From NCBI RefSeq assembly GCF_018977255.1, contig NW_024704743.1:12092001-12156000 (forward strand): a DNA stretch of 64,000 nucleotides, given 5' to 3'. The position numbers and the translations under genes were made by a program. Shown piece by piece: positions 48,466-61,600 of this stretch (position 1 is its first letter; every line of letters starts with the position of its first letter). Origin of the DNA: Callorhinchus milii (Eukaryota). The notes under the pieces are model-generated. The model did not search any database. It worked only from the letters and a program-made list of their open reading frames with translations, and had not been told where the DNA came from.

Positions 48466-48899
48466 GTAATGCAATTTAAATAACAACCACAACAAATTAT
48501 ACTTGTATAGCACGTTTTATGTCAGGAGGGCATCCTAAGGTGCTAGAGAGACAAGGATTTGCATCCGAGCTGGGGGTTGTGATAAGGAGGGATGGGGTAG
48601 GAGGGTGACTGAAGGCCAGGTTGAATAGGAATGTGGGCATTATTTCTGAGGTCTGTAGGATGCTACCCTGCGTGAAGGATGCTATATAAATGCATGTTGT
48701 TGAATCTTACAGTTGAAATATGTGTATGCTCTTAAGTAATACTGTACAGTTTTAATTGAATTTTAGTCCAAATCTGTAGGGCGTAAATATATAACAGATA
48801 GTAAATCCAAAAAGGAGTTTAGGAGGAATGCAGAGGGTGGTGAGAATGTGGAATTCATTGCTAGTCGGTTGAATCAAGGAGCATCAATGTAGTTACCAA

Positions 48900-49330
48900 T
48901 AACAAATTACTTTTATATGACACCTTTCACATTGCAAGGTCGTCCCAAGACACTGGACAGTTAATTAAGAGTTTGCACCCGAGCCCGAGCTGGGTGTTGG
49001 AATCAAGAGAGTTGGAGGGATTGAGGGTTGGAGTGTGACCGAAGGTATGGTCAACGAGTAAGGTCTTGAGACAGGCCCTGAGGAAGCAAGGGAGAGGGCA
49101 AGGTGGAGGGATTTGGGGATGGAGTTCCAGAGGGTGGGGGCAGAAAGGCTGAAACCATATATATATCGCATATGGTGGGACGGGCAGTGTGGGTGACATG
49201 GAGCAGGCCAATGCACGCAGAACGGAGTTAGTGGATAGGTTGGTATGGTGTTCCCAGAGGTAGGGAGGAGCACGACCATGGGGGGCTTTAAAAGTGAGGA
49301 TGAGGATTTTAAATTTGAGGGAGAAAGGAG
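48900..49330 (-). mobile_element. L2 LINE 3' fragment
   Basis: FKILILTFKAPHG...; SAPTLWNSIPKSLHL. Confidence 0.8.
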
Positions 49331-50968
49331 AACAGAGGCGTACAGGAGAGGGGAAGTGCAGAGTACAAACACTGTCACGGACTAGTTGGGCCAAATAACC
49401 TCTTTCCATACCATATCACCTGGACCAATAGAAAAGTGCAGAAATATTTGCCAATAATTGCAGTGCCTTTGACAAATTTTCAACAAATTGCGGAGGGTTG
49501 AATGGTGCTATTGAGAGATGCATTTTGTGAAATAACCTGGATTAAACCTATAGGCGTATATTTCCTGATCGTGTTTAGTTATGTTTAAAATACTAAAATT
49601 ATTCATTTGAATAGTACAGCACTTACCAAGAATTTGTCGCAGGAGCTCAGTTTAGGCCACAGGCGCCGGGCCGGGGTCTAGCACACTGTGTAGGTGTGTA
49701 GCAGGGCCTAGCACATTGTGTACAGATGTGTAGCGGGGCCTAGCACACTATGTAGTGCGTTTCTAGCAGAGGAGGGAGTTTGGGGCAGATTCGGCCGAAA
49801 AATGCGGCGCCACTTTTCTATTGGCCTAACATATCACTAATCAAGGAGGGGGCAGGTTTTAGTTTGCTGTTTGAAACATTTCATCAAGACCTGGGTTTGA
49901 TTGAGCTTTGATGTGTGGAGTATTTTAAATGCACTTCAGGGAGCTGAATAAAACATTGCATGCTTTAGCTCTGTAGCACGTTTGATAATATTGCTACATT
50001 TGCATGTTCGGTTGGGCTGAGTTATTGATTTTTTTCATCAAAAATAAATCGCAAATATCAACGAAAGCGAATGATCTTTAATAGGTCGGTGTGTCTGTCT
50101 GTGTACATAGACCTTAATATTCTAACTCCAGACTAGATGTTGTTATTGTGCTGGGTGATTAAATATAACATGCTACAAACTAGAGATAGCATTGAAATGT
50201 GCCTCTAATTGTCATGTGCGTTTTCTCAGTCGTATTATCCCGAACTTCTCAGACCAAAATTATGTTCCTATCGACTGCTCAGATAGGTTCATGTTTCCTG
50301 TACACGCAAGCTACTTTGTAGACAATAACATGCTTCATTTTTCATACACCCACACATCCTGCCGCTATGATCTCCTGCAGTCCTTACTCCCCCAGTCCGC
50401 TCCACTCCACCAACTCTCAAGCTGCTTCACACCCCAGCCACCTGCTCCACCCCAACATTGTCCCACAAGAACACAGTCACTCCACTCCACAGTGAAATCA
50501 TGTGAAGTGTTGAGATGTCCTCCTGATGTGAAAGGGGCTACATCAAATATAAGGTTTATTATTGTAACATTCCTGGTGCCTGGAACTGTTCCAAACCCCA
50601 GAGACAGATTTCAACTCTTGCCTTAATTGCTGCATAATTTTGTTTCACATCAACCTTTGGGACATTTGATACAACAGAAAGTGCCCACGTATTAACATGT
50701 CTACCATACCAATCTTTGCTTCAATGCCTTTATTGACGGACCTGTCCATTTTACGTAGAACCATAGAAGTTTACAGCACAGAAGAAGGTCATTCAGTCCT
50801 TCATGTCTGTGCTGGCACTTTTGAGAGCGATCCTTTCAGTCCTATTTTACCTACGTTTTCCCCATACTTCAAGAAGGGGGCACCAGGAGCATTCTGCCTC
50901 CCAAGTGAAACTGAGGGATGTGAGCTGGGTTTGCAGTTGACTTTGTTCTGTGTTGTTTCCCAATGAAG

Positions 50969-51111
50969 TTACCTGGAGTCGAGAGCTGTGAAAACTACAT
51001 GTTTCGCTACGGCCGAAACCCACTAATGGAGCTCCCACTAGCAATAAACCCTTCCGGCTGTGCCCGATCCGAACCCAAAATGAGTATCCATGTCAAGAGG
51101 TTTGTGTTAAG
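50969..51111 (+). CDS. KMT2C: KMT2C exon ~54 (143 bp), end of FYRC and Win motif (GCARSEPK); alternative donor after 51099
   Basis: atgaag|TTA CCT GGA GTC ... AAG AG(G TTT GTG TTA AG)|gtattt. Confidence 0.93.
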
Positions 51112-53066
51112 GTATTTTTGTTTTCAACTTCACCTAGTATAGCTCAGAGTTGCATTTTGCATTTTGTTGCTCTGCTGTGCCAGGCTGGGTGCTGCTTTAG
51201 GTGTTGCAAGTGGGTGCTTCTCTGCTGTGCTTATCGTTTACTCAGGGGTGCAACAAGAACAGACGCAATCCCAAGACAAGACTTTAATCGATCTCAGACT
51301 AAATTTATTTCTGTACTATTCGCACTGTACCATTAGAACTGAAATTCCACCTATATTTCGCCCACTTCGCAGTATATTTTGTGAAGCTTTTTGAGACATC
51401 TCAACGATGTGATAAGGCCCTATATCAAATGCAAGGATTATTATTATTGCGAGACTATCTTAATATTTAAGATTATGCAGATTTGTGGAGAACATTAAGC
51501 ATTCTCTGCTTGGAATGAGTTGTGACGATGTTGAATGAATTGCTACAGAGGTGGAATCAACTGGATTCTTTCAAAGCGAAATCTCTAACGTCTCAAAGCA
51601 TTTCACAGAATATACTGTAAAGTGGATTGACTACGTTTTGTGGGCAAAACCCGGCAGTCAATTGCACATAGTGGTGTCCCACAAACAGTCGTGGAAATGA
51701 GTGATCAAAATGTTTTGTTTTTTTAAAGGGATTATTACACATGGAAATCGATCTGCCAATCAACTAAAAAACGGGTTCCTACTTACTGCTCAATAGATAG
51801 AGGCGTGTGGAGTCAGGAAAGTTGCCTAAGATTTCCTTACTCTACACATTGAAGGGACACTCAATCAAAGGAAGCCAGTGTGAAGGAGATCGATCACCTT
51901 CACACAGTGATCTAATAAAATAATGGAACAAACTGAATAGCCTCCTCTGTTCCTATTTTCCTGGCTGTCTAATGTTCTAGAGCGGCACCTGGAATTATCT
52001 AGTGTCTCTCTTTAGCAATCACTGAGATTATTATTTGTTTAACAATATTAACATTATTTTGACGTTCGTCATTCCAAAAAACAGCCACCTATAACTACAG
52101 CTTCATATCTTTCAATAAAAAGTTTCCAATCTGTCATTCTTCTCAGCAATATATGTCCGTCTATCTCCTCAGTGCTGACAGCTCCCATCTCCTTGTTCTA
52201 ATGACATTGGTAGTTGGATGTGAGGGAAGAGGCGTAAGATGAACCACACTTACAGTGATGAGGGGGAGAGGGGAAAGAAAAGGAAGATGAAAGAAGGCAA
52301 AGATTGATGGTCTGATTTGACAACTTTCCCTTCCTGAAAAAGTTAGATTAAAACAATAATAAACAAATACACAGTCAATCCATTTTACAGTATATTCTGT
52401 GAACTGCTTTGAGACATCTCAATGACGTTATAAGGCACTATATCAAATTCAAGGATTATTATTATAAATGCGTGTTGTCTAATGGTTGCACCTCCTGTGT
52501 TCTTAGAAGCCCTGGGCAGTGGTTCATACTTTGGTTGAATTTTGCGGCGTTGCATTTATTAATGCATTCAAATTTGCAGCGGTGCATTTCATGATGGGTT
52601 CTCATTTGCACTGGCGCATCTCCTCATTATGTACTCAATGCAGTAATTATCAAACGCCACAAGTTTCACCCCTGTAAAGGCTACATGTGTGCCCATGCGA
52701 GCATGTCCCTGTGAATGCGTTACTAGATTTGCATGTGTGTCCCCGTGAATGCGTTACTAGATTGTGCGTGCATGTGCTACCCTGCGTGAAGAGCGCTGTA
52801 TAAATGCAAGTTGTTGTGCGTGTGTGTGCATGCGCTTATATGTGTGTGTGTGCCTGTGTTCATGTACGTGTTTTTTGCTAGATTGGCTGCTCAGCCTCGC
52901 TCAGTTAAAATGTGCCGTTTGCATCCGCTTGCCAAGAGAACAAAAAAAATCATTTTGCTTATTCACATTTATGCTCTTGTTGACCAAAAGGAACTTCAGA
53001 ATTTGTTTTTCTCTCTCATCCCCTTGTCCCCACCACTACCTTCACTTCGTGGCCGGATCTGACTAG

Positions 53067-53235
53067 GCCGCACACACTGAACAGCACCACCACATCAAAG
53101 TCTTTTCAGAGCACTGTAACAGGAGAGCTGAATGCACCTTATAGCAAGCAGTTTGTTCATTCCAAGTCCTCCCAGTACCGCAAAATGAAGACTGAATGGA
53201 AGATTAACGTGTACCTGGCCCGTTCTCGCATCCAG
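53067..53235 (+). CDS. KMT2C: KMT2C exon ~55 (169 bp), PHTLNSTTTSKSFQ...VYLARSRIQ (start of SET)
   Basis: gactag|G CCG CAC ... ATC CAG|gtcagt. Confidence 0.96.
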
Positions 53236-53794
53236 GTCAGTGGTTCACTCATTTGTTTTATCAGCCGGGTAGGTGCATGACTGATGTGTGCGTAAACCCA
53301 TCAATGTGGCGAAATCTTAGGCAAGTTACCTTTCTCCACACACCTCTGTTTACCTAGCAGTAACTAGGAACCCGGATCAATTTCCAGGGGGATTAATCCC
53401 TTCAAAAGCAATTTAAAAATTTGATCAATCAATCCATGATTGTCTATGGGACACTGTAATTGGCTGCCGTGTTTTATCCACAAAACATACAGTCACTACA
53501 CTTTACACTTTTGAGATGTCTCAATGACATGATTACTATGATTAATAATAATTGTGTTACATTTCCAGCTTCCAGCACTGACGTCCTGCAGATAGCAGGC
53601 ATGCGCAGGCAGTGTTGCTGATGTCACTTCCTGCACCGTGTGAGGCCATTGGTGCTTCCTGCATACAGGAAGTGACTTTGATGGCAACCTGAAGACCTGG
53701 AAGCGTTGACAGTGGCCATTTTTATTCTGCGCTACTTAACAATCAGCAAATATAAATATGTAAATCACAAGATTAATTGGAAATGTTTCCTCAG

Positions 53795-53911
53795 GGCCTT
53801 GGCTTGTATGCTGCAAGAGACATTGAGAAACATACCATGGTCATTGAGTACATTGGAACAATCATCCGCAATGAAGTTGCTAACAGGAGAGAGAAACTGT
53901 ATGAATCACAG
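53795..53911 (+). CDS. KMT2C: KMT2C exon ~56 (117 bp), SET: GLGLYAARDIEKHTMVIEYIGTIIRNEVANRREKLYESQ
   Basis: cctcag|GGC CTT ... TCA CAG|gtaact. Confidence 0.97.
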
Positions 53912-55822
53912 GTAACTTACTGCTTGAGTCATATACAGCACGAGTCCTGTGGGACTTAGTACTGAAGCAGCCAATTAAAATATCTTTTTCATAAGCCTGA
54001 TATGTACAGAAACCCATCACTGTGTTTGAGTCTCCAAACCAGACTGAGAGTTCCACACATATTCAGCTACAAGTGGAATTTCCCTGTGCCTGGAATGAAT
54101 GGAATGTGTACTCTCTTCCCAGAGGGACGCACCCTATTTACCTAATTCCTGAGAAACGAGGCACTGGTTGGCGACAACCAAGATTTGCAGAAACCCAAAG
54201 AACGTTGAGGGTAACTGCCGTTGTTAAACAAACAAAAGTGCCATCTGGCAAACCTACATTTTGGAAGGTGGAATACTTGTTATCTGTTGAAGTGAAGACC
54301 ACAACAGGAATCGGCTGAAGGGGAACTATATGAAAGAGTACAGGGTAGGGAAAAGCAGGGAATTGAGATTAGGGTAGAGTAGATGCAGAAGTTAGTGCAA
54401 TGTAGATTCGATGGGCGAGAAGCCTCTCTGTATCCTGTCAATGCTACCATTCTATGTATACTGGCTGCTATGTATGAACGTACTATGGTACATTAAGGAC
54501 GTCTGGGATTAGAGAGAAAGAAAGCAGCTAACCTCCTTTTGTCTTGTATGTGCTAACTCTCAGCCTCTCCAAACACAACAGGTGAGAACAGCAACAACAA
54601 CAAGATTACATTTGTATGCGCCTTTCATGTCGGGAGGACGTCCCAAGGCGCTGAAAAGTACAATTTAAGCACTGTAATCTGCCGAGGTGATTGTGACTCC
54701 TAATTTAGCCTAAAAAGATCAAGCAAATGGAAGCAAGGGTCAGAGCTAAGAGTCTTGAAAAAGCTCTTTTAAGATTTTGGAGCCTTTCTCAGTCCCCAGG
54801 CTCTAGCCAGTTCAGGGTTTGCATCTGAGAAGCGGTGTGGTGGGGGAGGGGGGGTTCTGTATTAGATCAATTCTATATTGAATTGAACTTAAATCAAGTC
54901 GTTGACTCCATAATTTGTGAGTCTTTGTTTGGTTCAGGATCCAAAACAATCAAGCTCAAACAGTCAGATGAAAATTATAATTTTACAACAACTTGCGTTG
55001 ACGCCAGACACCATCCCGGGCGCTTAAACACCAAACTTTATATAGCAATGTGCATGATACAGAAAAGTATACTGTAGTTTTTGATCCAAGGAACAGAATA
55101 TACAGTTGCACATGTTTTCCTAAATAGTTTTGTAGTTTCTTTTCTTCTTTATTTTGTTCTTCTTTTCCAGGTCTGTTCCACTTCAGACTGGTTAGTTATA
55201 GTTATATTGATACACATGAACAAACAAGTTTTCACGACCTTCAAAACCATCTGGTTTATCTCACAGATACCGTTTCCTTGTTTTTACTCATCACCTCCAC
55301 CCCCAAACCATCTTATTAAAACATTCCTTATCCCTTCTCTACATGACTAGCGTTAGATGAGGACTGCAAGTCCACCTAACTAATATACACTTTTTCACCT
55401 ACTTTTCACCTGACATGGACTGTACAAATTAATAAAAATAATAATAATAGTTTGGTCACTCAATCCACGACTGTTTGTGGGACACTGCTGAGCACAATTG
55501 GCATCTGTGTTTCGCTTACAAAATATATAGTCAATTCACTTTTCATTATATTCTGTAAAGCGTTTTGAGACGTCTCGAAGATGTGATGAGATACTGTGTC
55601 AAAGTCTTTCACGTACATGGACCATCTTTTACATGCTATAACTTTTTCCCATGTAACTGTAACAGACCAAGTAAGGACATTAGATAAAGGAAATAAAGAC
55701 AGAGACACTAGTCATTTCTATCATATAAACACGTTGTAGGAGTACAAACAAGGACATTAGAAAGGAAACAACAGCAAGGTTACAAATGTCACACGAGTAC
55801 AATTATCAGCAAAATTTCATCT

Positions 55823-56193
55823 GTGGAGTCCTGCAGGGTAGTGGTTAGAGCACTCGCCTCACAAGCAAAATGACCCGGATTCCATTCCCAGGCAGGGTAA
55901 AACCTTAGGCAAGTTTCCTTACTCCACACAGCCTTGTTTACTTAGTAGTAAGTACGAACCTGGTTGTTTGTCGATTGTCAGATCGCTTTGGGGGTTAATA
56001 ATCCCTTCAATTAAATAAATTGGTTCATTCAATCCACAACTATTTGTAGGACACTGCTGTGCGCAATTGGCTGCCTGCCACGTTTCACCCACAAAATATA
56101 CAGTCAATACACTTTACAGAATATCTTGTGAAGCGCTTTGAGATGCCTTAACAATCTGATAAGGCGCTATAACAAATGCAAGAATTATTATTA
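55823..56193 (+). mobile_element. tRNA-headed SINE, long subfamily
   Basis: Head, extra middle segment, and tail gagatgccttaacaatctgataaggcgc. Confidence 0.85.
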
Positions 56194-56334
56194 TGAAAAG
56201 TAGAGCGGTAGAAATGTTCAGTGTTTTTCCATTATTGGCAAAATACAGAGTAATACAACATAAAGGGTCTCTGGGATGAAGTTCTTGGGAGTGAAGCAGC
56301 CTGGTGCATGTTAAAGCTTAACCATAACCAAGAA

Positions 56335-56810
56335 ACAGGCTCCCCAAACCAATCACCCCCATCTTCGCTCGGCTTCACTGGCTCCCCATCTCCTTGGTAT
56401 CGAGTTCAAGATCCTCGTCCTCACTTTTAAAGCCCTCCACAGTCTTCCCCCACTTGACCTTGCTAACCTTCTAAATCCCTACCAACCTTCTCGCTCCCTC
56501 CACTCAGCAGCCTGCTCCATGTCCCCCGCCTTGCCCACTCCACCGTTGGGGTCTGGCCTTCAACCTTTCTGACCTCATCCTCCAATACTCCATTCCCAGA
56601 GCCCCTGCAACTCGCTCCTTCCCACACCTCCTTCAAGGCGGGTCTCAAGACCTTCATCTTTGACTGTGCCTTTGGTCATCTTCCCATCCCACTCCCCTTG
56701 GCCCCCACCCGTCTTGAATCCATCCCCAAGCTCGGGTACAAATGCGCAACTGTTCAGTACTTTGGGATGTCCAATGCGCAAGTCACTATGAATGCAATTT
56801 GTTGTTGTTG
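56335..56810 (+). mobile_element. L2 LINE 3' fragment
   Basis: cactggctccccatc...gagttcaagatcctcgtcctcac...; (TTG)n tail. Confidence 0.8.
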
Positions 56811-56850
56811 ATGTCTCGTCTTTGGCAAGCTTGTCTCAAAGCCCTGTAGC

Positions 56851-57198
56851 TGGAGTCCTGTAGCTCAGTGGTTAGAGCACTCGCTTTCCTCGCTTTGCAA
56901 GCGAGAGACCTGAGTTCAATTCCAGGCAGGGCGAAACCTTGGGCAAGTTTCCTTACTCCACACAGAGCCTAATAATAATCCCTCCAAAAAAAAAAAAAAA
57001 AACAATAATAAATTGGTCATTTTCAATTCTACGACTGTTTGTGGGACATTGCTGTGCGCAATTGGCTGCCGCGTTCGCCCACAAATATACAGTCAATTCA
57101 CTTTACAGTGTGTTCTGTGAAGCGCTTTGGGACGTCCTCCCGACGTGAAAAGCGCTATATCAAATGCAAGGATTATTATTATTATTATTATTATTATT
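56851..57198 (+). mobile_element. Young tRNA-headed SINE with AAAGCC TSD
   Basis: AAAGCC at 56838-56843 and 57199-57204; long (ATT)n tail. Confidence 0.92.
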
Positions 57199-58585
57199 AA
57201 AGCCGTATTATAGTCTCTTATTAGTGTGGTGTCAGACTTTGAGAATTTTGTTAGCTTTTATCTGTAGGGGTGGAGTATGTGAGCTTTGTGTTGTTGTGGG
57301 TGATCTGCCCTGTGCTGTGATCTTTGGCGTTACTTGAGATCGAACCCCAAGGTGTTTCTTAAAAGCCTAAAAACAGTGTTAGAGTCACTTTGGGAGATTA
57401 TGCTGCTTAAATGCACTCTTTGTGATTGTAAAGGCTTAGTACAGACAAAACAAAGGATGTGCCTTGTCTAGGTGATACTTGTCTCTGGTAACAAAGCCTA
57501 TTACCAGGTAATGTGACTAGATAGCAGAATGCGGCTTAGCTGACCACTAAGGAATGTGCAGTATAATAATAATAATATAATAAGAATCCTTGAAATGTTC
57601 AAGTCTGCACACAATCTCCATAAAACAGCCAAACATGCAGAAGTGTTTATTTCTCTCTCTCTCTCTCTCTGAATTCCTCCTTCTGAGTCTTTTTTTAAGA
57701 AATAGCAGAATGTGTAGGTGAAGTGAATCCAGTGGATGTTGTGAATGTGGATTAGGGGGTATGCTACAAAAAATAGGCCTGAGAATAACGGGAATGCAGA
57801 CAAACGAAACGGCTCAGCATCAACTTGTGTTTACATAGGGCCCTTCATGCAGGCTAGCATCTCGGAGCGCTGTAGTGGCAGGGTTTGAACACCAAGGAAG
57901 GGAGGATAGGGAGGTGACCATAGGGACGATCGAGGAGGTGGGTTTGAAAGCGGGATTTAAAGATAGATAAGAGAAAGGGTGAGGCGGAGGGTTCCAGAGG
58001 TTTGGGGCATAGTGACTGAAGGACACGAAGGAGAGCTGAAAAGGCAGATGGATATTTTTCAGACTGGAGATGTGGCCAGGGCTGTGGATTTCTTGTTTTC
58101 CATATAAAAATGTGTACTGTGTAGGCTTGGGTATCCAAAAAATGTGTATGCACACAGTGATTCAACACGGATCAATCATTTCACGTTTCATTTCAGTCCA
58201 ACACCCTAAGAACTGTCAATCAAGTTATTTTGCTATATTTTCCCCACTGTCTCCCCAGTCGGGTTTCTCATCTACCTGACGGCAACATTAAAAAAAGTAC
58301 AGATAGTGTGTCAATATTTGTGTACAGGCAGATTTTGTTTGCATACCGTACAATTTTGCATTGACTCAATCTCTGAGAACGGAGAGGACTACAGGAGGAC
58401 ACTGGAATTCAACAAAGAAACACATTTTGAACTTTGAGTATTGCATTTTGAAAGAGGAACAAGGGAAGGAAATGTGAGAATGTTAACAGAGTGGATATTG
58501 TAGTGGCAGGGTTTGGACACCAAGGAAGGGAGGATAGGGAGGTGACCATAGGGACGATCAAGGAGGTGGGTTTGAAAGCGGAGTT

Positions 58586-58914
58586 TGTGGAGTCCTGTAG
58601 CTCAGTGGTTAGAGCACTCGCTTTGCAAGTGAGAGACCGGAGTTCAATTCCAGGTCAGGGCGAAACCTTGGGCAAGTTTCCTTACTCCACACAGAGCCTA
58701 ATAATAATCCCTCCAAAAAACAAGAACAATAATAAATTGGTCATTTTCAATCTACGACTGTTTGTGGGACATTGCTGTGCGCAATTAGCTGCCGCTTTCG
58801 CCCACAAATATACAGTCAATTCACTTTACAGTATGTTCTGTGAAGCGCTTTGGGACGTCCTCCTGACGTGAAAAGCGCTATATCAAATGTAAGGATTATT
58901 ATTATATTATTATT
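58586..58914 (+). mobile_element. Young tRNA-headed SINE
   Basis: Same consensus; preceded by an 83-bp duplicated segment. Confidence 0.92.
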
Positions 58915-59529
58915 GCAGAAAAACCTAGAGGTACAAGAATATTATAACATGGGAATGAAAATCTAGGTTTTATTCTGTTTATAAAAGCACTGAGTACAAG
59001 AGCAAGGAGTCAATAGTATATTTGTAGAGGATATTGTTTATTCCACAGTTGGAGTGTTGTGTTCAGTTTTGTGAATCTCACAGTGCTGGGGGTGTACTGC
59101 ATTGTAGAGGTGCTAACCTTCAGATGAGACAAAACTGTCTGCCTGCTCAGGTGGACGTTAAAGATCCCATGGCGCTATTCAAAAAAAGAATGTTCTCCCT
59201 GGTGTCCAGGCTGACAATCCCCCTGATAAAATTGCTCATTTGCTTCATGGCTGTTTGTGGGATGTTTTTGCACGCAAATTGGCTGCTGCATTTGCTCACA
59301 ATATACTCAGTCAGAAAATGTCAGTAGCATCCTGCAAAGCGCTTTGAAGTGTCTTGACAATGCAAAGATTATTATTAAAAGAGGTGTTCAATCAATTGCA
59401 ATTATAATAATTATTATATATAAGAAATATATGTGAAATGCAAGGATTATTATTAAGAAGGCGCTATCAGATGTAATAATAATTATTATTATTGATCAAG
59501 CAATGTGTTTGGTCTCCCTCTCTTTTCAG

Positions 59530-59603
59530 AACCGTGGAGTATACATGTTTCGCATTGACAACGATCATGTCATTGATGCAACATTGACAGGAGGACCTGC
59601 CAG
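59530..59603 (+). CDS. KMT2C: KMT2C exon ~57 (74 bp), SET: NRGVYMFRIDNDHVIDATLTGGPA
   Basis: tttcag|AAC CGT ... GCC AG|gtgggt. Confidence 0.97.
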
Positions 59604-60299
59604 GTGGGTGGGGCCGCATGTCTGTGTGCATACGAACCTTTGATGTGACGGCTCCAGCTCCGTCCAGCCTTGGCCTCAGGGTAGAAGCTGCTCATCTCTG
59701 TCTCCATTGTCAACTTTCAGACGTCCAGCGGGAAATACGTTGCGAGGCTCTCAGTACATTCAGGACCAACTTCCTAAAATTCTATCATGAATTCTTGCAC
59801 AGCTGCAATTTGGATAATGTTAGCATTAGTTATAGGCAGAGAGGCAGATAAAAGGGGATGAGGTGAATGGTTAGGGTACTGGATTATGGCACCAAACGTA
59901 GGGTATAAAAGGTTTACAGATTGTAGGAAGCCTGAGGGAGGTACCTTATCTCACCCCTGATGACTGGCCTGCCCTTCTCGGGCCCTGTGCATGAGGTCTG
60001 TCGTCAGTAGTGCCCTCTTGAAGTACTGCGGCTATGCTCAAAGTGGAGAAATTGGAACCAGCACAGAAGAGGGCCATTCAGTCCATCGTGTCCACTCTGG
60101 CTCTTTAAAGAGCAATCCTTCCAGTCTCATTTAACCTGCCCTCTAGTTAAGCGCTCAGGGTTGCTGCCCCGTGTGAGGAGCGCTATATAAATGCATGTTG
60201 TTGTTGCCGTCCCCATGCACTAGCTCCTTCCAAAAAATGGCCCTGGTGCAGAAGCGAAACATAACTTAGATGCAAGGTCAGAAAGTATTCCTTCACACA

Positions 60300-60710
60300 A
60301 ATAACAACAAGAAATTGCATTTATATAATACCTTGCACATCGGAGAATGTCCTAAGCCTCTGGACTATGAGGGGTTTGCACTTGAGATGCAGATTGGGAT
60401 CAGAGAGGGGAGGAGGGAACGGGGTTGAAGGATGGAAGATGACCAAAGGCAGGGTCGAAAAGGAAGATCTTGAGGCGGGCCTTGAAGGAGGCAAGGGATG
60501 GGGCTAGGAGGAGGAGCTCCAGCGTGAAGTTCCAGAGGATGGAGGCAGAAAAGCTGAAGGCCCAACCACCGATAGAGTAAGCAGGGTGGGAGACAAGGAG
60601 CAGGCCAGTGCCTGCAGAGCGAACAGAGCAGACAGGTTGATGAAGTTTAAATAGGTTGCAGAGGTAGAGAGGAGCAAGACTGTGGAGGGCTTTAAAAGTG
60701 AGGACAACAA
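60300..60710 (-). mobile_element. L2 LINE 3' fragment
   Basis: Reverse complement of the L2 3' end, with the (TTG)n tail near 60300. Confidence 0.78.
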
Positions 60711-61069
60711 ACCGGTGTGAGGATATGTGGAATGCACTTCCCTCTCCCCACCCACCCTTGTAGATGCAGAATGAATCGGGGGATGAGATGGGTACAGAGA
60801 GAAATTGGGATTAGATAATCTGCAGTGATCTAATAAACTGGTGGAATAGGCTGAATGGCCTCCTTCTCGTGTTTTTTTAGGGTCTGCTTGTGTTCACCCT
60901 TCACTCATGGTATTTGCCAAGTCTCGTTCACATTGTTTCCTCCAATAAAACCAGTTGTGTTGGGCAGTGAATTGGTAACTGGTGGTGGGGGGAGGGGTGG
61001 GGTAAACTCAAAATGTTCCTTTATAGCCGACAGATTCTGACTAATAGTTACAATTTTAACTAATTTAAC

Positions 61070-61385
61070 AAAATTTTAAGTGCGATTGAAAAAGTGAACC
61101 CAGACAGTACTCTCAAGATGTATTATGACAGTAGAACAAGAGGATGTAGGTTTAGTGTTGTAAAGGGTAATATCAGGACAGACACCAGGAAGTTTTACTT
61201 TACCCAGAGGATAATTAACAGCTGGAACAAGGTTGCCAGGAAAGGTGGTTTAAAGGTGGTTGAGGCCAGGACACTGGGACACATATAAAGATCAGCTGAT
61301 GGGGGGGATGGCAGGATGGGGGTTCTGGAGGGATGAGATTGGATGGGCCAAAGGGCTTTCTTCATCCAAACTATTGTTCCATCTG
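61070..61385 (+). mobile_element. CR1 3' fragment (second family) ending just upstream of exon ~58
   Basis: SRTRG...RTDTRKFYFTQRIINSWN; related copies at ~11270-11555 and ~46950-47520. Confidence 0.8.
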
Positions 61386-61405
61386 CATTCTATAATCTCC
61401 TTCAG

Positions 61406-61514
61406 GTATATTAATCATTCCTGCGCACCGAACTGTGTGGCCGAGGTGGTAACGTTTGAGAAAGGGCACAAAATAATCATCAGCTCTAACCGCAGGATCC
61501 AGAAAGGAGAGGAG
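61406..61514 (+). CDS. KMT2C: KMT2C exon ~58 (109 bp), SET: (R)YINHSCAPNCVAEVV...IQKGEE
   Basis: cttcag|G TAT ATT AAT CAT ... GAG GAG|gtgagt. Confidence 0.97.
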
Positions 61515-61600
61515 GTGAGTGTGATTTTAGACATAGCATCAAGTATCTTTGGGTTATCTCTGAAGGTTGCGAGTTCAGCCACTCCCCACATCATTGCGAT

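Noticed and set aside
52700..52770. Short direct duplication (gtgaatgcgttactagatt x2), and similar ctagcaca repeats at 49675-49760
   Set aside because: Ordinary local tandem duplications with no supporting context.
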